From: Acidimicrobiia bacterium
Lineage (GTDB): Bacteria > Actinomycetota > Acidimicrobiia > Spongiisociales > ZC4RG35
Assembly: GCA_036525795.1 (NCBI GenBank)
Contig: DATCZS010000112.1
Location: 8,635 to 72,634 of the forward strand
DNA length: 64,000 nt
Direction: 5' to 3'
In this document: positions 50,510 through 60,561 of the stretch, in pieces
Numbering within the stretch: the stretch's first letter is position 1
Layout of the letters: each line of letters begins with the position of its first letter
Translations under genes and position numbers: made by a program
Notes under the pieces: model-generated
Databases searched by the model: none
What the model was told of the DNA's origin: nothing
The model's input: the letters and a program-made list of their open reading frames with translations, nothing else

Positions 50510-51460
50510 TCACAGGAAGACGACGACCAGCGGGTAGGTGGCCAGAAGCAACAGGCCCTGCCAACGGTCGAGCCGGTCGCCGACCACGGCGAGGAAACCG
50601 GCGAGCAGAGACACTCCGAGCATGGCGAGGAGGGGCCCGTGGAAGTCCTCGGTGAACGCACCGTTGCCGACGATGCCCGCAACGCCTCCGACGCCGAGCG
50701 CATTGAAGAGGTTCGACCCGAGCACATTCCCGAGGACGAGATCGTTCTCGTTGCGCCGGGCGGCGGCGAGGGCGGTCGCCAGTTCCGGCAGCGATGTCCC
50801 GATGGCGACCAGCGTGAGGCCGATCACCGCTTCTGAGATCCCGAGCTCCTGGGCGATCTCCTCGGCACCGGTGACCAACAGCCGCGCACCGAGCAGCGTG
50901 AGCCCGAGCGACGCCATCCCCAGGCCCACCTCCAGGCCGGGGCGGACGGCCTCGCTGCCTGTCAGATCGTCGACTTCGGCCGCCACGTCTCCGTTGCCCC
51001 CCATCCGGGACCAGTAGGTCATCAGCCCGAGGGCCAGGAACAGCGACGATCCGAGGACCACCCCTTCGACGACCCCGAGCCGGTTGTTCCACGCCAGACC
51101 GACCAGGAGCACCGACCCGAGGAACATCAGCCTTCCCTCGCGTTTGAGAACGAGGCGCTGGCCGACGATCGGCGAGAGGATGACGCTCGTGCCGAGGACC
51201 AGCGAGAGATTGGCGACGTTCGATCCGACGATGTTGCCGAGCGCCAGATCCATTCCCGCCGGCCGGGCGGCGGCCAGCCCGGAGACCAGCATCTCGGGGA
51301 GAGACGTGCCGAGGCCGACCACCACCGCTCCGATGAGGATGGGAGACAGCCCCCACAGCCGCGACAATCGGGCTGCGGCGAGGACGAGCCGATCCGCGGC
51401 GAAGGTGAGCAGGAGCAGCCCGGCCAGGACCTGGACGACGGCGACAGCTGAGATGGACAT
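50510..51460 (-). CDS. Ca2+/Na+ antiporter (CaCA / YrbG family)
   Basis: two alpha-repeats GTSLPEM / GTSLPEL; about 10 TM helices. Confidence 0.85.
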   Translation of the reverse strand: MSISAVAVVQVLAGLLLLTFAADRLVLAAARLSRLWGLSPILIGAVVVGLGTSLPEMLVSGLAAARPAGMDLALGNIVGSNVANLSLVLGTSVILSPIVGQRLVLKREGRLMFLGSVLLVGLAWNNRLGVVEGVVLGSSLFLALGLMTYWSRMGGNGDVAAEVDDLTGSEAVRPGLEVGLGMASLGLTLLGARLLVTGAEEIAQELGISEAVIGLTLVAIGTSLPELATALAAARRNENDLVLGNVLGSNLFNALGVGGVAGIVGNGAFTEDFHGPLLAMLGVSLLAGFLAVVGDRLDRWQGLLLLATYPLVVVFL

Positions 51461-51543
51461 TTGGCCCTCACGCTAGAGGCACACGCCGCAGGGGCACAGC
51501 CGGTGGGGAGGCCGCCGTCGACGATGTCGGGTAGCGTCATCCG

Positions 51544-52398
51544 GTGATGGCGCTCCCAAAACGATTCGTCGATGTCCTCGGCGCCCGTATGGCATACGTG
51601 GAGGCCGGCCAGGGCAGGCCGATCGTGTTCCTGCACGGAAACCCGACGTCGTCCTACCTGTGGCGCCGGGTCATTCCAGAGCTCGCCGGCAGTGGAAGGT
51701 GCATCGCCCCGGATCTGATCGGCATGGGCGACTCGGACAAGGTCGGCGGCACCTACCGTTTCGTCGATCACCGTCGGTATCTCGATGCGCTGCTCGAGGC
51801 GCTCGATGTGAGCGAGGACGTGGTCCTCGTCGGCCACGATTGGGGTGGTGCGCTGGCCTTCGACTGGGCCAACCGGCACCGGAGTGCCGTCGCCGGCATC
51901 GCCTACATGGAGACGATCGTGGCACCTCTGTGGTGGGAAGACTGGCCGCAGGCGGCGGCGGGGATCTTCCAGGCGATGAGATCGGACGCAGGGGAAGAGA
52001 TCGTCCTCGACAAGAACGTGTTCGTGGAGCGGATCCTCCCTGCGTCGGTGCTCGAACCGCTCGACGAGGAGACGATGGCCGAATACCGGAGGCCCTTTCT
52101 CGCCGCCGGCGAGGTTCGACGCCCGACACTCACCTGGCCCAGAGAGATCCCGATCGGTGGCGAACCGGCGGATGTCGCCGGGATCGTGGCCGACTACGCC
52201 GCCTGGCTCGCATCGTCACCGGTGCCGAAGCTGTTCGTCGACGCGGATCCGGGCTCGATCCTGGTGGGGCGCCAGCGCCGGGCCTGCGAGGCATGGGCCA
52301 ATCAGTCGAAGGTGACCGTGCGCGGCTCCCACTTCGTACAGGAGGACTCAGGGCCCGAAATCGGTCGGGCTGTCGCCTCGTGGCTGTCGTCTCTCTGA
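51544..52398 (+). CDS. haloalkane dehalogenase-like alpha/beta hydrolase
   Basis: FLHGNPTSSYLWRRVIPEL signature, HDWGG nucleophile elbow. Confidence 0.8.
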   Translation: MMALPKRFVDVLGARMAYVEAGQGRPIVFLHGNPTSSYLWRRVIPELAGSGRCIAPDLIGMGDSDKVGGTYRFVDHRRYLDALLEALDVSEDVVLVGHDWGGALAFDWANRHRSAVAGIAYMETIVAPLWWEDWPQAAAGIFQAMRSDAGEEIVLDKNVFVERILPASVLEPLDEETMAEYRRPFLAAGEVRRPTLTWPREIPIGGEPADVAGIVADYAAWLASSPVPKLFVDADPGSILVGRQRRACEAWANQSKVTVRGSHFVQEDSGPEIGRAVASWLSSL

Positions 52399-52408
52399 TC
52401 GGGCGCAG

Positions 52409-53332
52409 ATGATCCTCGTCGCGCTGCCCGCCCTCACATTCGCCGTTGTGACGGTGCTGGGGTTCTTCGGCGGCTGGTGGTGGCCCCTGGACCTCCTCGC
52501 CAGCTTCCGCGCGCAGTACGCGGTGACGTTGACGGTGCTGGGCCTGGTGCTCGTCCTGGCGCGATGGAGGCGAACCGGCGCTGTCGTGTTGGTGGCGGCG
52601 CTGGCCAACGCCGCAGTCGTGGTCCCCCTGTACTTCGCCCCGACCATCGACGGGGTGCGGAGCGGGGAACGGCTGCTGGTGATGTCGTTCAACGTGAAGG
52701 CGGATGTGTCACTGTTCGAGCCACTGGCCGCGCTGATCAGACGCACCGATCCGGATGTGGTGTTCCTTCACGAGGCGACCCCGGGATGGGAAGAGCGCAT
52801 GGCGGAGACCGATCTCGGATACCTGGTCGTTCCCACCCGCAACGCCGGAGTTCGCTTCGGGACACTGGTGCTCGCCCCGGCCGACGCCCGGGTGGAGGGA
52901 TTCGGCTTTGCCGAGGCGGAGCCGCGTGCGGTCGAGGTGTCGATCGAAACCGGCCTCGGCCCCCTGACCCTCCTCGGCATCCACCCGCTCTCGCCGACGG
53001 ACGAGCGGAGGGCCGACCTGCGCGATGCCCAACTCTCCTACGCCGCCGACTGGGCGAGGGCGACGCAGGGGCGGGTGGTGGTGGTCGGCGACTTCAATGT
53101 GACTCCCTGGTCGGCCGCCTTCGGGCGGCTGGTGCGCTCCTCCGGGCTCGCCAACTCCCAGCGCGGCTTCGGCGTGCAGTCGAGCTTTCCGGCCAATCTC
53201 AATCCGGTGTTGCGCGTCCCGATAGACCACCTGCTCTATTCGGACGGCCTCGCCGTGATCGACCGCCGGCTGGGACCGTCCCTGGGGTCGGATCACTACC
53301 CGCTGTTCGTCGAACTGGCGTTGGTCCGTTGA
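52409..53332 (+). CDS. endonuclease/exonuclease/phosphatase (EEP) family membrane protein
   Basis: N-terminal TM segments; EEP motifs VVVVGDFNVTPWS, GSDHYPLFVEL. Confidence 0.7.
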   Translation: MILVALPALTFAVVTVLGFFGGWWWPLDLLASFRAQYAVTLTVLGLVLVLARWRRTGAVVLVAALANAAVVVPLYFAPTIDGVRSGERLLVMSFNVKADVSLFEPLAALIRRTDPDVVFLHEATPGWEERMAETDLGYLVVPTRNAGVRFGTLVLAPADARVEGFGFAEAEPRAVEVSIETGLGPLTLLGIHPLSPTDERRADLRDAQLSYAADWARATQGRVVVVGDFNVTPWSAAFGRLVRSSGLANSQRGFGVQSSFPANLNPVLRVPIDHLLYSDGLAVIDRRLGPSLGSDHYPLFVELALVR

Positions 53333-53372
53333 AGATGTGTCAAACTCAGGGCCGTGACACCCGAGAGTTCAG

Positions 53373-54824
53373 ATGCCCGACCGATTTCGTGACCACCGTT
53401 CCGCGCTGGCGGAGAGAATCGGCGACGGAGGGATCGCCGTGGTTCCGGCCGCCACCGAGTCGGTGCGCAACGACGATGTCCACCACCCGTTTCGCCAGGA
53501 CTCGGACTTCCACTACCTGACCGGGTTCGCGGAGCCGGATGCAGTCGCCGTGCTCACGCCGGGTCACCCGGACGGCGAGTTCCACCTCTTCGTCCATCCG
53601 CGGGACCGCGAGACCGAGATCTGGAACGGGTACCGGGAAGGCGTGGAAGGTGCGCTCACCCATCACCAGGCGGACTCCGCACATACGCTCTCCGAACTCG
53701 ACGTGGTTCTCCCGCGGCTGATGATCGGGCGCGACACGCTTCACTATCGGCTGGGCAATCCCACCCATGACGATCGCATCACCCGGCTTCTCGCCACGGC
53801 CCGGGCGCACCGCGACCGCTACGGGAAGACGGTGCCGTCCTCGGTGGGCGATGTCAGCGTGCTGCTCGCCGATCTCCGTCTGCGCAAGAGCCCTGCCGAG
53901 GTAGAGAGCCTCGAGGTCGCCTGCGAGATCTCCGCGGAGGGTCACCGCGAGGCGATGCGGTTCTGCCGCCCCGGGATGTACGAGTACCAGGTGCAGGCGG
54001 CCATGGAGTACGTCTGGCGCGAGGCGGGCTCGGCGCGGAACGGCTACCCGTCCATCGTCGCCTCCGGCCCCAACGCCATCATCCTGCACTACACCGACAA
54101 CGACCGGATGATCGAGTCTGGTGATCTGGTGTTGATCGACGCCGCTGCCGAGATCGACATGTACTCCTCGGACATCACCAGAACCTTTCCGTCCAACGGC
54201 CGCTACACCGCCGCGCAGCGGGCCGTGTACGACGTCGTGCTCGCCGCACAGCGTGCGGGGATCAGGGCGTCCCGGCCGGGGGCCACCCTCGATGACGTGC
54301 ACCGGGCATCTCTCGGGGTGCTGATCGACGGGATGGTCGATCTGGGCCTCCTCCCGGCCGCCGCCGACGACGCCCTCGAGATGCACCTCTACCGGGAGTT
54401 CTTCATGCACGGCACCTCGCACTGGCTCGGGCTCGACGTCCACGATGCCGGGTCGTCGCGCATCGGCGGGGAGCACCGCCGGCTCGAACCGGGGATGTGC
54501 TTCACGGTGGAGCCGGGTCTGTACATCGGGGCCGAACGTCCCGAGGTCGAGTTCACGATGCTTCCCCACGACCTCGACAGCTGGATCGAGCGGCGGGTGA
54601 TGCTCGGGTCGGAGGCGGCCAAGAAGGCGGAGCAGGCCGAGCGCAGCGACGCGCCGAAGGTCATGCACGAGATTCCGCCGGAGTTGCTGGGGATCGGCGT
54701 TCGAATCGAAGACGACATCCTCATCACCGAGGACGGCCACCGCAATCTCTCGGCGCTGGTGCCGGCCGACCCGGACAAGATCGAGCACCTGTGCGCCGAG
54801 GGCAGCTGGCTCCATCGGGAATAG
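53373..54824 (+). CDS. pepP: Xaa-Pro aminopeptidase (M24B, aminopeptidase P)
   Basis: N-terminal AMP_N domain (FRQDSDFHYLTGF), M24 metal ligands (HGTSHWLGLDVHD). Confidence 0.9.
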   Translation: MPDRFRDHRSALAERIGDGGIAVVPAATESVRNDDVHHPFRQDSDFHYLTGFAEPDAVAVLTPGHPDGEFHLFVHPRDRETEIWNGYREGVEGALTHHQADSAHTLSELDVVLPRLMIGRDTLHYRLGNPTHDDRITRLLATARAHRDRYGKTVPSSVGDVSVLLADLRLRKSPAEVESLEVACEISAEGHREAMRFCRPGMYEYQVQAAMEYVWREAGSARNGYPSIVASGPNAIILHYTDNDRMIESGDLVLIDAAAEIDMYSSDITRTFPSNGRYTAAQRAVYDVVLAAQRAGIRASRPGATLDDVHRASLGVLIDGMVDLGLLPAAADDALEMHLYREFFMHGTSHWLGLDVHDAGSSRIGGEHRRLEPGMCFTVEPGLYIGAERPEVEFTMLPHDLDSWIERRVMLGSEAAKKAEQAERSDAPKVMHEIPPELLGIGVRIEDDILITEDGHRNLSALVPADPDKIEHLCAEGSWLHRE

Positions 54825-54879
54825 TCGGTTTCCGACACCGGCGTCGGAGTGCCCGGGTCCCCCCGGGATCCCACCACCG

Positions 54880-55737
54880 TCACGGCGCGGTCGTCCGCCG
54901 ATTCATCCAGCCGAGGGCGGCGAGCACCAGCGCCGCCCCGAACCACCCCAGGGCGTCCGGGCGCTCGCCGACGATCGCCACCCCGAGCACGAAGGCGGTG
55001 ACCGGCTCGGCGAGCGACAGCGTGGCCACGGTGGCCACCGGGGTCGAGACCAGTCCGGAACCGAACAGCACGTAGGCGAGCGCCGTCGCCGCCAGTCCCA
55101 GCCAGAGCGCCGTCAGCGCCCCCGCCCCCGTCCTCACCCAGGCCAGATCGGCCCAGATCAGCAGGGGGCTCAGAACGAGCGCGCCTCCCCCGAACCCGAT
55201 GGCCATCGCCGTCGAGGCGGCCACGACTGCCACCAGGCGCTCGGCGGCCACCGCGTACACCGCATAGGAGGCGCCGGCGGCGAGCGCGAGCATCACGCCA
55301 CCGACCGCGACGACGTCTGGTGTGGAGATGAAGACCACTCCCGCAATGGCCACCACCGTGGACACCACCCACCGTCTGTCGGGGATGCGGCCGGTGAGCA
55401 TCCACACGAGCAGCCCGGTCAGCGGAGGGGCGCTCCCGATCGCCACCACCGTTCCCAGGGCCACCCCGGTGGTCCGGACCGCCGCGAAGAAGCTCGCCTG
55501 GTAGAGCGCCACGCCGATCGCCATGGCAACCGCCCATCGCAGCGGGACCGAGCGGACGCCCCGGAACCCGCCCGTCAGGGCGGCGATCCCGACGAGCGCG
55601 ACGGCCCCGACGGCCAGCCGCACCGCTCCGACGCTCAGCGGCGATGCGCCGGGGGCGCCCAGCTCCTGGGCGGTTCCCGTCGATCCCCACAGCACGGCTG
55701 CCAGGAGGACCAGTGCTGTTCCTCGACCTCGATGCAT
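54880..55737 (-). CDS. EamA/DMT-family transporter
   Basis: 10-TM pattern, VLWGSTGTA motif. Confidence 0.75.
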   Translation of the reverse strand: MHRGRGTALVLLAAVLWGSTGTAQELGAPGASPLSVGAVRLAVGAVALVGIAALTGGFRGVRSVPLRWAVAMAIGVALYQASFFAAVRTTGVALGTVVAIGSAPPLTGLLVWMLTGRIPDRRWVVSTVVAIAGVVFISTPDVVAVGGVMLALAAGASYAVYAVAAERLVAVVAASTAMAIGFGGGALVLSPLLIWADLAWVRTGAGALTALWLGLAATALAYVLFGSGLVSTPVATVATLSLAEPVTAFVLGVAIVGERPDALGWFGAALVLAALGWMNRRTTAP

Positions 55738-55806
55738 GCGCCGATGATCGCAGAGGGGAGCCGTGCGCCTGCTGTCCGATTGGAGCGACCCTCGTCGGTG
55801 ATCGGG

Positions 55807-57774
55807 TCAGGTACCGGCCTCCGACCGGAGGGCGGCGAGGAATCGACGGACGCGTTCGGGGTCCGACGTCCGCGGCATCGGCGGAAGCGACCGGAGGATC
55901 AGTCGTCCGTACCGCTCGGTCGCCAGCCTTCGGTCGAGAACGGCGACCACCCCTCGATCGGTCTCGCTCCGGATGAGCCGCCCCACCCCCTGGGCGAGCA
56001 GCGTGGCCGCCCGGGGCAGGTCGACTGCGCCGAAGGCGGAGCCCCCGCGCGCCTCTACCGCCTCCCGCTGCGCCTGATGGAGGGGGTCGTCTGGCCGGGC
56101 GAACGGCAGCCGGTCGATCACCACGAGAGACAGCGAGGGGCCCGGGACGTCGATTCCCTCCCAGAAGCCCATCGTGGCCACCAGCGTGGCGGTCTCGTCC
56201 TGCGCGAACGACTCGAGCAGCTTCTTCTTGGGAAGATCGCCCTGGGCGAGAACCCGGAACGGGGGTGTTCCGAGCGCCTCAGACACCCGTTCGATCATCG
56301 CATGGCTGGTCGTGAGGATGAGGGCCCTGCCGCCGGCCTGGAGGGTCAACTCGGCCGCCTGTGCGGCGGCCTCCTCGGGCCACGTCGCCTCCCGCGGGTG
56401 AGGGAGCCCGGCGGCGACGTAGAGCAGGGTCTGGGCCCCGTAGTCGAAGCCGCCTTCGACCCGCAGTGCCCGGTACGTGCGCTCGACCGGCTCGTCGACG
56501 TCCTCCGCCAGCGGATCCTCCTCCCCCGAGCCCTCGACGAACCCGAGGCGCTGGGCGATGGGTGCGAAGGATCCGCTCAGGCGGAGCGTGGCGCTCGTCA
56601 GCACGGCCGGAAGGCGCACGAGCAGTGTGCGCGCCAGAGGCTGGTCGACCTCGATTGGCGCGATCCGGATGACGGGCCTGTCCGGTTCGGCCCAGGCGAC
56701 GTGTCCGGCAGGGAGCTTGGCTGCCAGGGCGAAGTCCCCGGCCACGTGGCCGCCCTGTGTGGTGACCCGGGCGATGGCGCCTGCGCCCGGGTGGCCCTCT
56801 TCCACCGTGGGGAGCGCCTTCAACACCGTGCTCACCGCCTTGGCGGACCGGGAGATGATCTCGCCCACCGCACCTTCACCCGGATCCACTCGCTCGGCGG
56901 GGAGCGCGCGAAACAGGGTGGCCATGTCCTCGGCACAGGTCCGCACGACGGCGAGAGGGTCGGATCCCGAGCGGCCTTGCTCGACCAGACGGTGGGCGTT
57001 GTTGGCAAAGGCGATCAGACGGCCCGGCGAGACATCGACACCGAACGCGCTCGACAGAGCACCCTCCAGACGGTGCGCCTCGTCGATCACGACGGCATCG
57101 TGCTCGGGAAGGATGCGGCCGCCGGATGCCAGGTGGAGCCCGTACAGGTGGTGGTTGGTCACGATCACGTCTGCCGATCTGGCGCGCTCGAACGCGGCCT
57201 CCGCGAAACAGCGGTGTCCGGCGGGGCAACGGGCCGCGCCCGGGCACTCCATCCCGGAGACGGACACCTGCTGCCACGTCGTGTCCGGTATCTCCGAGTC
57301 GAGGTCTCCCCGTTCCCCGGTGGGGTGATCCGAGGCCCATCCGGCGATGGCGGCGACCGTGGCGAAGTCGTCGTCGGGAAAGAGGGTTGTGTCGAGGGGA
57401 CGGTCGAGGCCGTCGCCGAATCGCTCGATCAGCTTGGCCATGCACACGTAGCTCTGCCTGCCCTTCACGATCGACCAGGTCAGGTCGCGCTTCAGGTGCT
57501 GGGAGAGGAAGGGGAGGTCGACCGTTGCCAGCTGGTCCTGCAGCGTCTTGGTGGCGGTCGCCACCACCGTGCGCTTCCCGGAGACGATGGCAGGCACCAG
57601 ATAGGCGAGAGACTTGCCGATTCCCGTCCCGGCCTCCACGAGCAGGTGGCGCCGGTGCTCGAAGGCGTCCGCGACGGCCTCGGCCATCTGCTCCTGACCC
57701 GGCCGACGCTCGGCTCCTGGCTTGGCTGCGAGAACGCGCCGGAGGGCGGCGAGGGCATCACGGGAGCCGGACAC
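55807..57774 (-). CDS. dinG: ATP-dependent DinG/Rad3-like helicase
   Basis: DEAD_2 motifs EAGTGIGKSLAYLVPA, VIDEAH; C-terminal helicase domain; start uncertain (ORF extends to 57882, overlapping the upstream gene). Confidence 0.85.
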   Translation of the reverse strand: MSGSRDALAALRRVLAAKPGAERRPGQEQMAEAVADAFEHRRHLLVEAGTGIGKSLAYLVPAIVSGKRTVVATATKTLQDQLATVDLPFLSQHLKRDLTWSIVKGRQSYVCMAKLIERFGDGLDRPLDTTLFPDDDFATVAAIAGWASDHPTGERGDLDSEIPDTTWQQVSVSGMECPGAARCPAGHRCFAEAAFERARSADVIVTNHHLYGLHLASGGRILPEHDAVVIDEAHRLEGALSSAFGVDVSPGRLIAFANNAHRLVEQGRSGSDPLAVVRTCAEDMATLFRALPAERVDPGEGAVGEIISRSAKAVSTVLKALPTVEEGHPGAGAIARVTTQGGHVAGDFALAAKLPAGHVAWAEPDRPVIRIAPIEVDQPLARTLLVRLPAVLTSATLRLSGSFAPIAQRLGFVEGSGEEDPLAEDVDEPVERTYRALRVEGGFDYGAQTLLYVAAGLPHPREATWPEEAAAQAAELTLQAGGRALILTTSHAMIERVSEALGTPPFRVLAQGDLPKKKLLESFAQDETATLVATMGFWEGIDVPGPSLSLVVIDRLPFARPDDPLHQAQREAVEARGGSAFGAVDLPRAATLLAQGVGRLIRSETDRGVVAVLDRRLATERYGRLILRSLPPMPRTSDPERVRRFLAALRSEAGT

Positions 57775-57844
57775 AGCGGGAGTGTAGGAAGGCGGGGGGT
57801 CGCCGGCGGTCGGCGACGGTCCGCTGCAGGCCCCCGGGAGCGGA

Positions 57845-58516
57845 TCAGGCGGCGTTGGGCACGACGTGGAGAAGGATGGCAACGAAGTGCACGGCGCTGG
57901 CCGCCACCACCATCACATGGAACAGCTCGTGGGAGGAGAACACCCCGGGGAACAACTGCGGCCGTCCCGTGAGCATGAACACCATCCCGATGGTGTACAG
58001 CAGGCCACCGACGGCGATCAGGATCACGGCGGACACGCCCAGGCGGTTCCCGATCTGCCACATGGGTATGACCGCCGCCCAGCCCATGACCGATTGGATC
58101 GTCACCGACAACCCGAGGCGGACCTGTTTCTGGGCGAACTTGAGGATGATCCCCACGGTGGCGGCGGTCCACACCGCGGTCAGGCTGGCCGATCGCCACG
58201 CTCCTTCGAGCGCCACTGCGGCGAACGGGGTGTAGGTCCCGGCGACCACGAGGAAGATGTTGGAATGGTCGAGGCGGCGCATGCGCAGCTTCCAGGTGTC
58301 AGACCAGGGCACCGAGTGGTAGAGGCTCGACGTCGTGTAGAGCACCACCAGGCTCCCTGCGTACACCGCCAATGCCACCCCGGTGGAGAGTCCGCCAGGG
58401 TTCAAGGCGAGCAAGGCGACCAGCCCGGCCAGTGACACGATCGCCGCCGTGCCGTGCAGGAATCCCCGCACGGGATTCTGCATCCTTCCGAGGGTGACCC
58501 GTTGCACGAGGCTCAT
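57845..58516 (-). CDS. hemolysin III / PAQR family membrane protein
   Basis: 7-TM; conserved His motifs (SLYHS...; SSHELFH); start at MSLVQRV. Confidence 0.8.
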   Translation of the reverse strand: MSLVQRVTLGRMQNPVRGFLHGTAAIVSLAGLVALLALNPGGLSTGVALAVYAGSLVVLYTTSSLYHSVPWSDTWKLRMRRLDHSNIFLVVAGTYTPFAAVALEGAWRSASLTAVWTAATVGIILKFAQKQVRLGLSVTIQSVMGWAAVIPMWQIGNRLGVSAVILIAVGGLLYTIGMVFMLTGRPQLFPGVFSSHELFHVMVVAASAVHFVAILLHVVPNAA

Positions 58517-58601
58517 CCTATCGGGGCCCGGCGCCAAGGCTTCCGCCTCGGCTCTCCGAACGCCGCCCGGTCGTCGGTAGCATGGTCCACGGAGGAAGCC
58601 G

Positions 58602-59375
58602 ATGGCTCGACCCCCCGACATCCTGTACCGCCTCTACGAGGACCGGCTGCTCAAGTCGCTCGACCGCGACAGGTTCCCGCGTCACGTCGCAATCATCCTC
58701 GACGGGCATCGCCGGTACGCCCGCAGCGAAGGCCTTCCCAGCTACTCGGTCAGCTACCGCGCCGGGATGGCCCGCTTCGAGGAGTTCCTGACCTGGGCGG
58801 AGGACCTCGACATCCCGGCGATCACCGGATGGCTGCTGAGCCGGGAGAACCTCGACCGGCCTGCGGGAGAGCTCGACCCGTATTTCGACGTGCTGGTCGA
58901 ACTGTTCGGCCGTCTGCCGGAGTTGTGCGATCGCTACGACATCCGGCTCCGTTTCGTGGGAAGCCTCGATCTGCTCCCGCAGCGGGTGGTGGCGGCCGCC
59001 AAGCGGGCGGAGGAGGCTCGGCCCTCAGGCACCCGCTGGCTGACGATCGCTCTCGGATACGGTGGCCGCCAGGAGATCGTGGATGCCGCCCGCGATCTCG
59101 TCGGCTCGCTGGTGGAGGAGGGCATCCCCGCCGATCAACTCGCCGATCGCATCGATGCCGAGTCCCTGGCGTCGAAGATGTACTCGCCCCACCTCCCCGA
59201 CCCCGATCTCCTCATTCGGACGTCGGGAGAGTCCCGGGTGTCTGGCTTTCTGCTCTGGCAGTCCGCGTATACGGAGTTCGTCTTCGTCGACGTCTTCTGG
59301 CCTGCGTTCCGCCGGGTCGACTTCCTCCGGGCCCTGCGCGACTACACCCGCCGCGATCGCCGGTTCGGCAGGTGA
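58602..59375 (+). CDS. cis-prenyltransferase (UppS family; Z-farnesyl diphosphate synthase-like)
   Basis: HVAIILDGHRRYAR; TSGESRVSGFLLWQSAYTEF. Confidence 0.85.
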   Translation: MARPPDILYRLYEDRLLKSLDRDRFPRHVAIILDGHRRYARSEGLPSYSVSYRAGMARFEEFLTWAEDLDIPAITGWLLSRENLDRPAGELDPYFDVLVELFGRLPELCDRYDIRLRFVGSLDLLPQRVVAAAKRAEEARPSGTRWLTIALGYGGRQEIVDAARDLVGSLVEEGIPADQLADRIDAESLASKMYSPHLPDPDLLIRTSGESRVSGFLLWQSAYTEFVFVDVFWPAFRRVDFLRALRDYTRRDRRFGR

Positions 59376-59451
59376 TCGTCGAGCACCGGGCGTCGGGTCA
59401 GTGCTCGTGCCCGTGCTCGTGCGACCCCTGACCGGGGTCGTCTGGTCCCAC

Positions 59452-59607
59452 TCAACAGCCGGGTTCGCCGTGGTTGCCGCAGCACGACGAGCGGCGCGCC
59501 AGCTTGATGGCGTTGTTCTTGATGACGAGACGGGTTCGTTCGAACAGGGGAAGCTCGGAGTCCCGCCAGTTGGCGAGATACTGGCTCAGTCCGGGTCTGC
59601 GTGACAT
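59452..59607 (-). CDS. small Cys-rich protein, possibly YbdD/YjiX (DUF466)-like; doubtful
   Basis: MSRRPGLSQYLANWRDSELPLFERTRLVIKNNAIKLARRSSCCGNHGEPGC; C-terminal ...RRSSCC resembles the DUF466 C-terminus; could be spurious. Confidence 0.25.
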   Translation of the reverse strand: MSRRPGLSQYLANWRDSELPLFERTRLVIKNNAIKLARRSSCCGNHGEPGC

Positions 59608-59633
59608 GACCGGAGCGTATCGTACGGAGCCAC

Positions 59634-60548
59634 ATGCCCGCCTCCGTCGATCGGCTCGATCCGTCACGTCGCTCTCGATCGGGTGCGTGGCTGGCGGCGG
59701 CCTCGGCGGTGGCATTCGCCTCGCTGGCGGTGTTCGGGCGGGAGGCATCCGCGGCGGGAATGCGGGCCGAGACGCTCCTGCAGTGGCGCTTCGGCGTGGC
59801 GGCGGCGGTCCTGGCCGCGGCCGGGATGCTCCGGCACCCCATTCCCGCCCGTCTGCGTCTCCTGTTGCTCGGCTCCGGCCTCATCTACACGGCCCAGACG
59901 TCGTTCTACTTCGCTGCGCTCGGGAGAATCACCGCCGGGACCACCGCCCTGCTCCTGTATCTCGCCCCGGTGTTCGTGGTGGTCTACGCCCGCCTCCTGG
60001 GGCGGCGGCCGTCCCGGCTCCAGATGCTGGCCGTGGCGATCGGACTGTCCGGTCTGGCCGTGATCGCCGGTCTGCCTTCCCGCGCCGATGCCGATCCGCT
60101 CGGACTGACGGCGGGAGCCGCCGCCGGGGCGACATTCGCCGGATACATCCTGGCCGGCGAGTTCGTCTTCGCCCGCGTCCCACCATTGGTGACGGCGGCG
60201 CACACCATGGTTGGAGCGGCGGTTGGGTTTCTGGCGGTGGACGTGGCGCGGGGAGGCGTCGTTGTCCTGCCGGCAGGAGCGGAGCAGTGGTGGATCGTGA
60301 CGGGCACGGTGATCTTCCCGACCCTGGTCGCCATCCCCATGCTGTTTGCCGCGGTGAGCCGGATCGGGGCCGGACCGACCGCCATCATCTCGAACGCCGA
60401 ACCGGTGGCCACCATCATCCTGGCGGCGATCTTCCTCTCCGAACCCGCTCGTCCTGTCCAGGTGCTCGGCGGGGCGTTGATCCTCACCGCCGCCTCCCTC
60501 GCCCAGCGGTCTGCGATGACGGCGCGGCCGGGACGGTCCAGGGTCTGA
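59634..60548 (+). CDS. EamA/DMT-family transporter
   Basis: 10-TM pattern with duplicated EamA halves. Confidence 0.75.
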   Translation: MPASVDRLDPSRRSRSGAWLAAASAVAFASLAVFGREASAAGMRAETLLQWRFGVAAAVLAAAGMLRHPIPARLRLLLLGSGLIYTAQTSFYFAALGRITAGTTALLLYLAPVFVVVYARLLGRRPSRLQMLAVAIGLSGLAVIAGLPSRADADPLGLTAGAAAGATFAGYILAGEFVFARVPPLVTAAHTMVGAAVGFLAVDVARGGVVVLPAGAEQWWIVTGTVIFPTLVAIPMLFAAVSRIGAGPTAIISNAEPVATIILAAIFLSEPARPVQVLGGALILTAASLAQRSAMTARPGRSRV

Positions 60549-60561
60549 GGACGGCAGGGCT

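Noticed and set aside
55732-57972. 746-aa plus-strand ORF opposite the DinG-like helicase
   Set aside because: Antisense shadow. The helicase motifs are on the minus strand.
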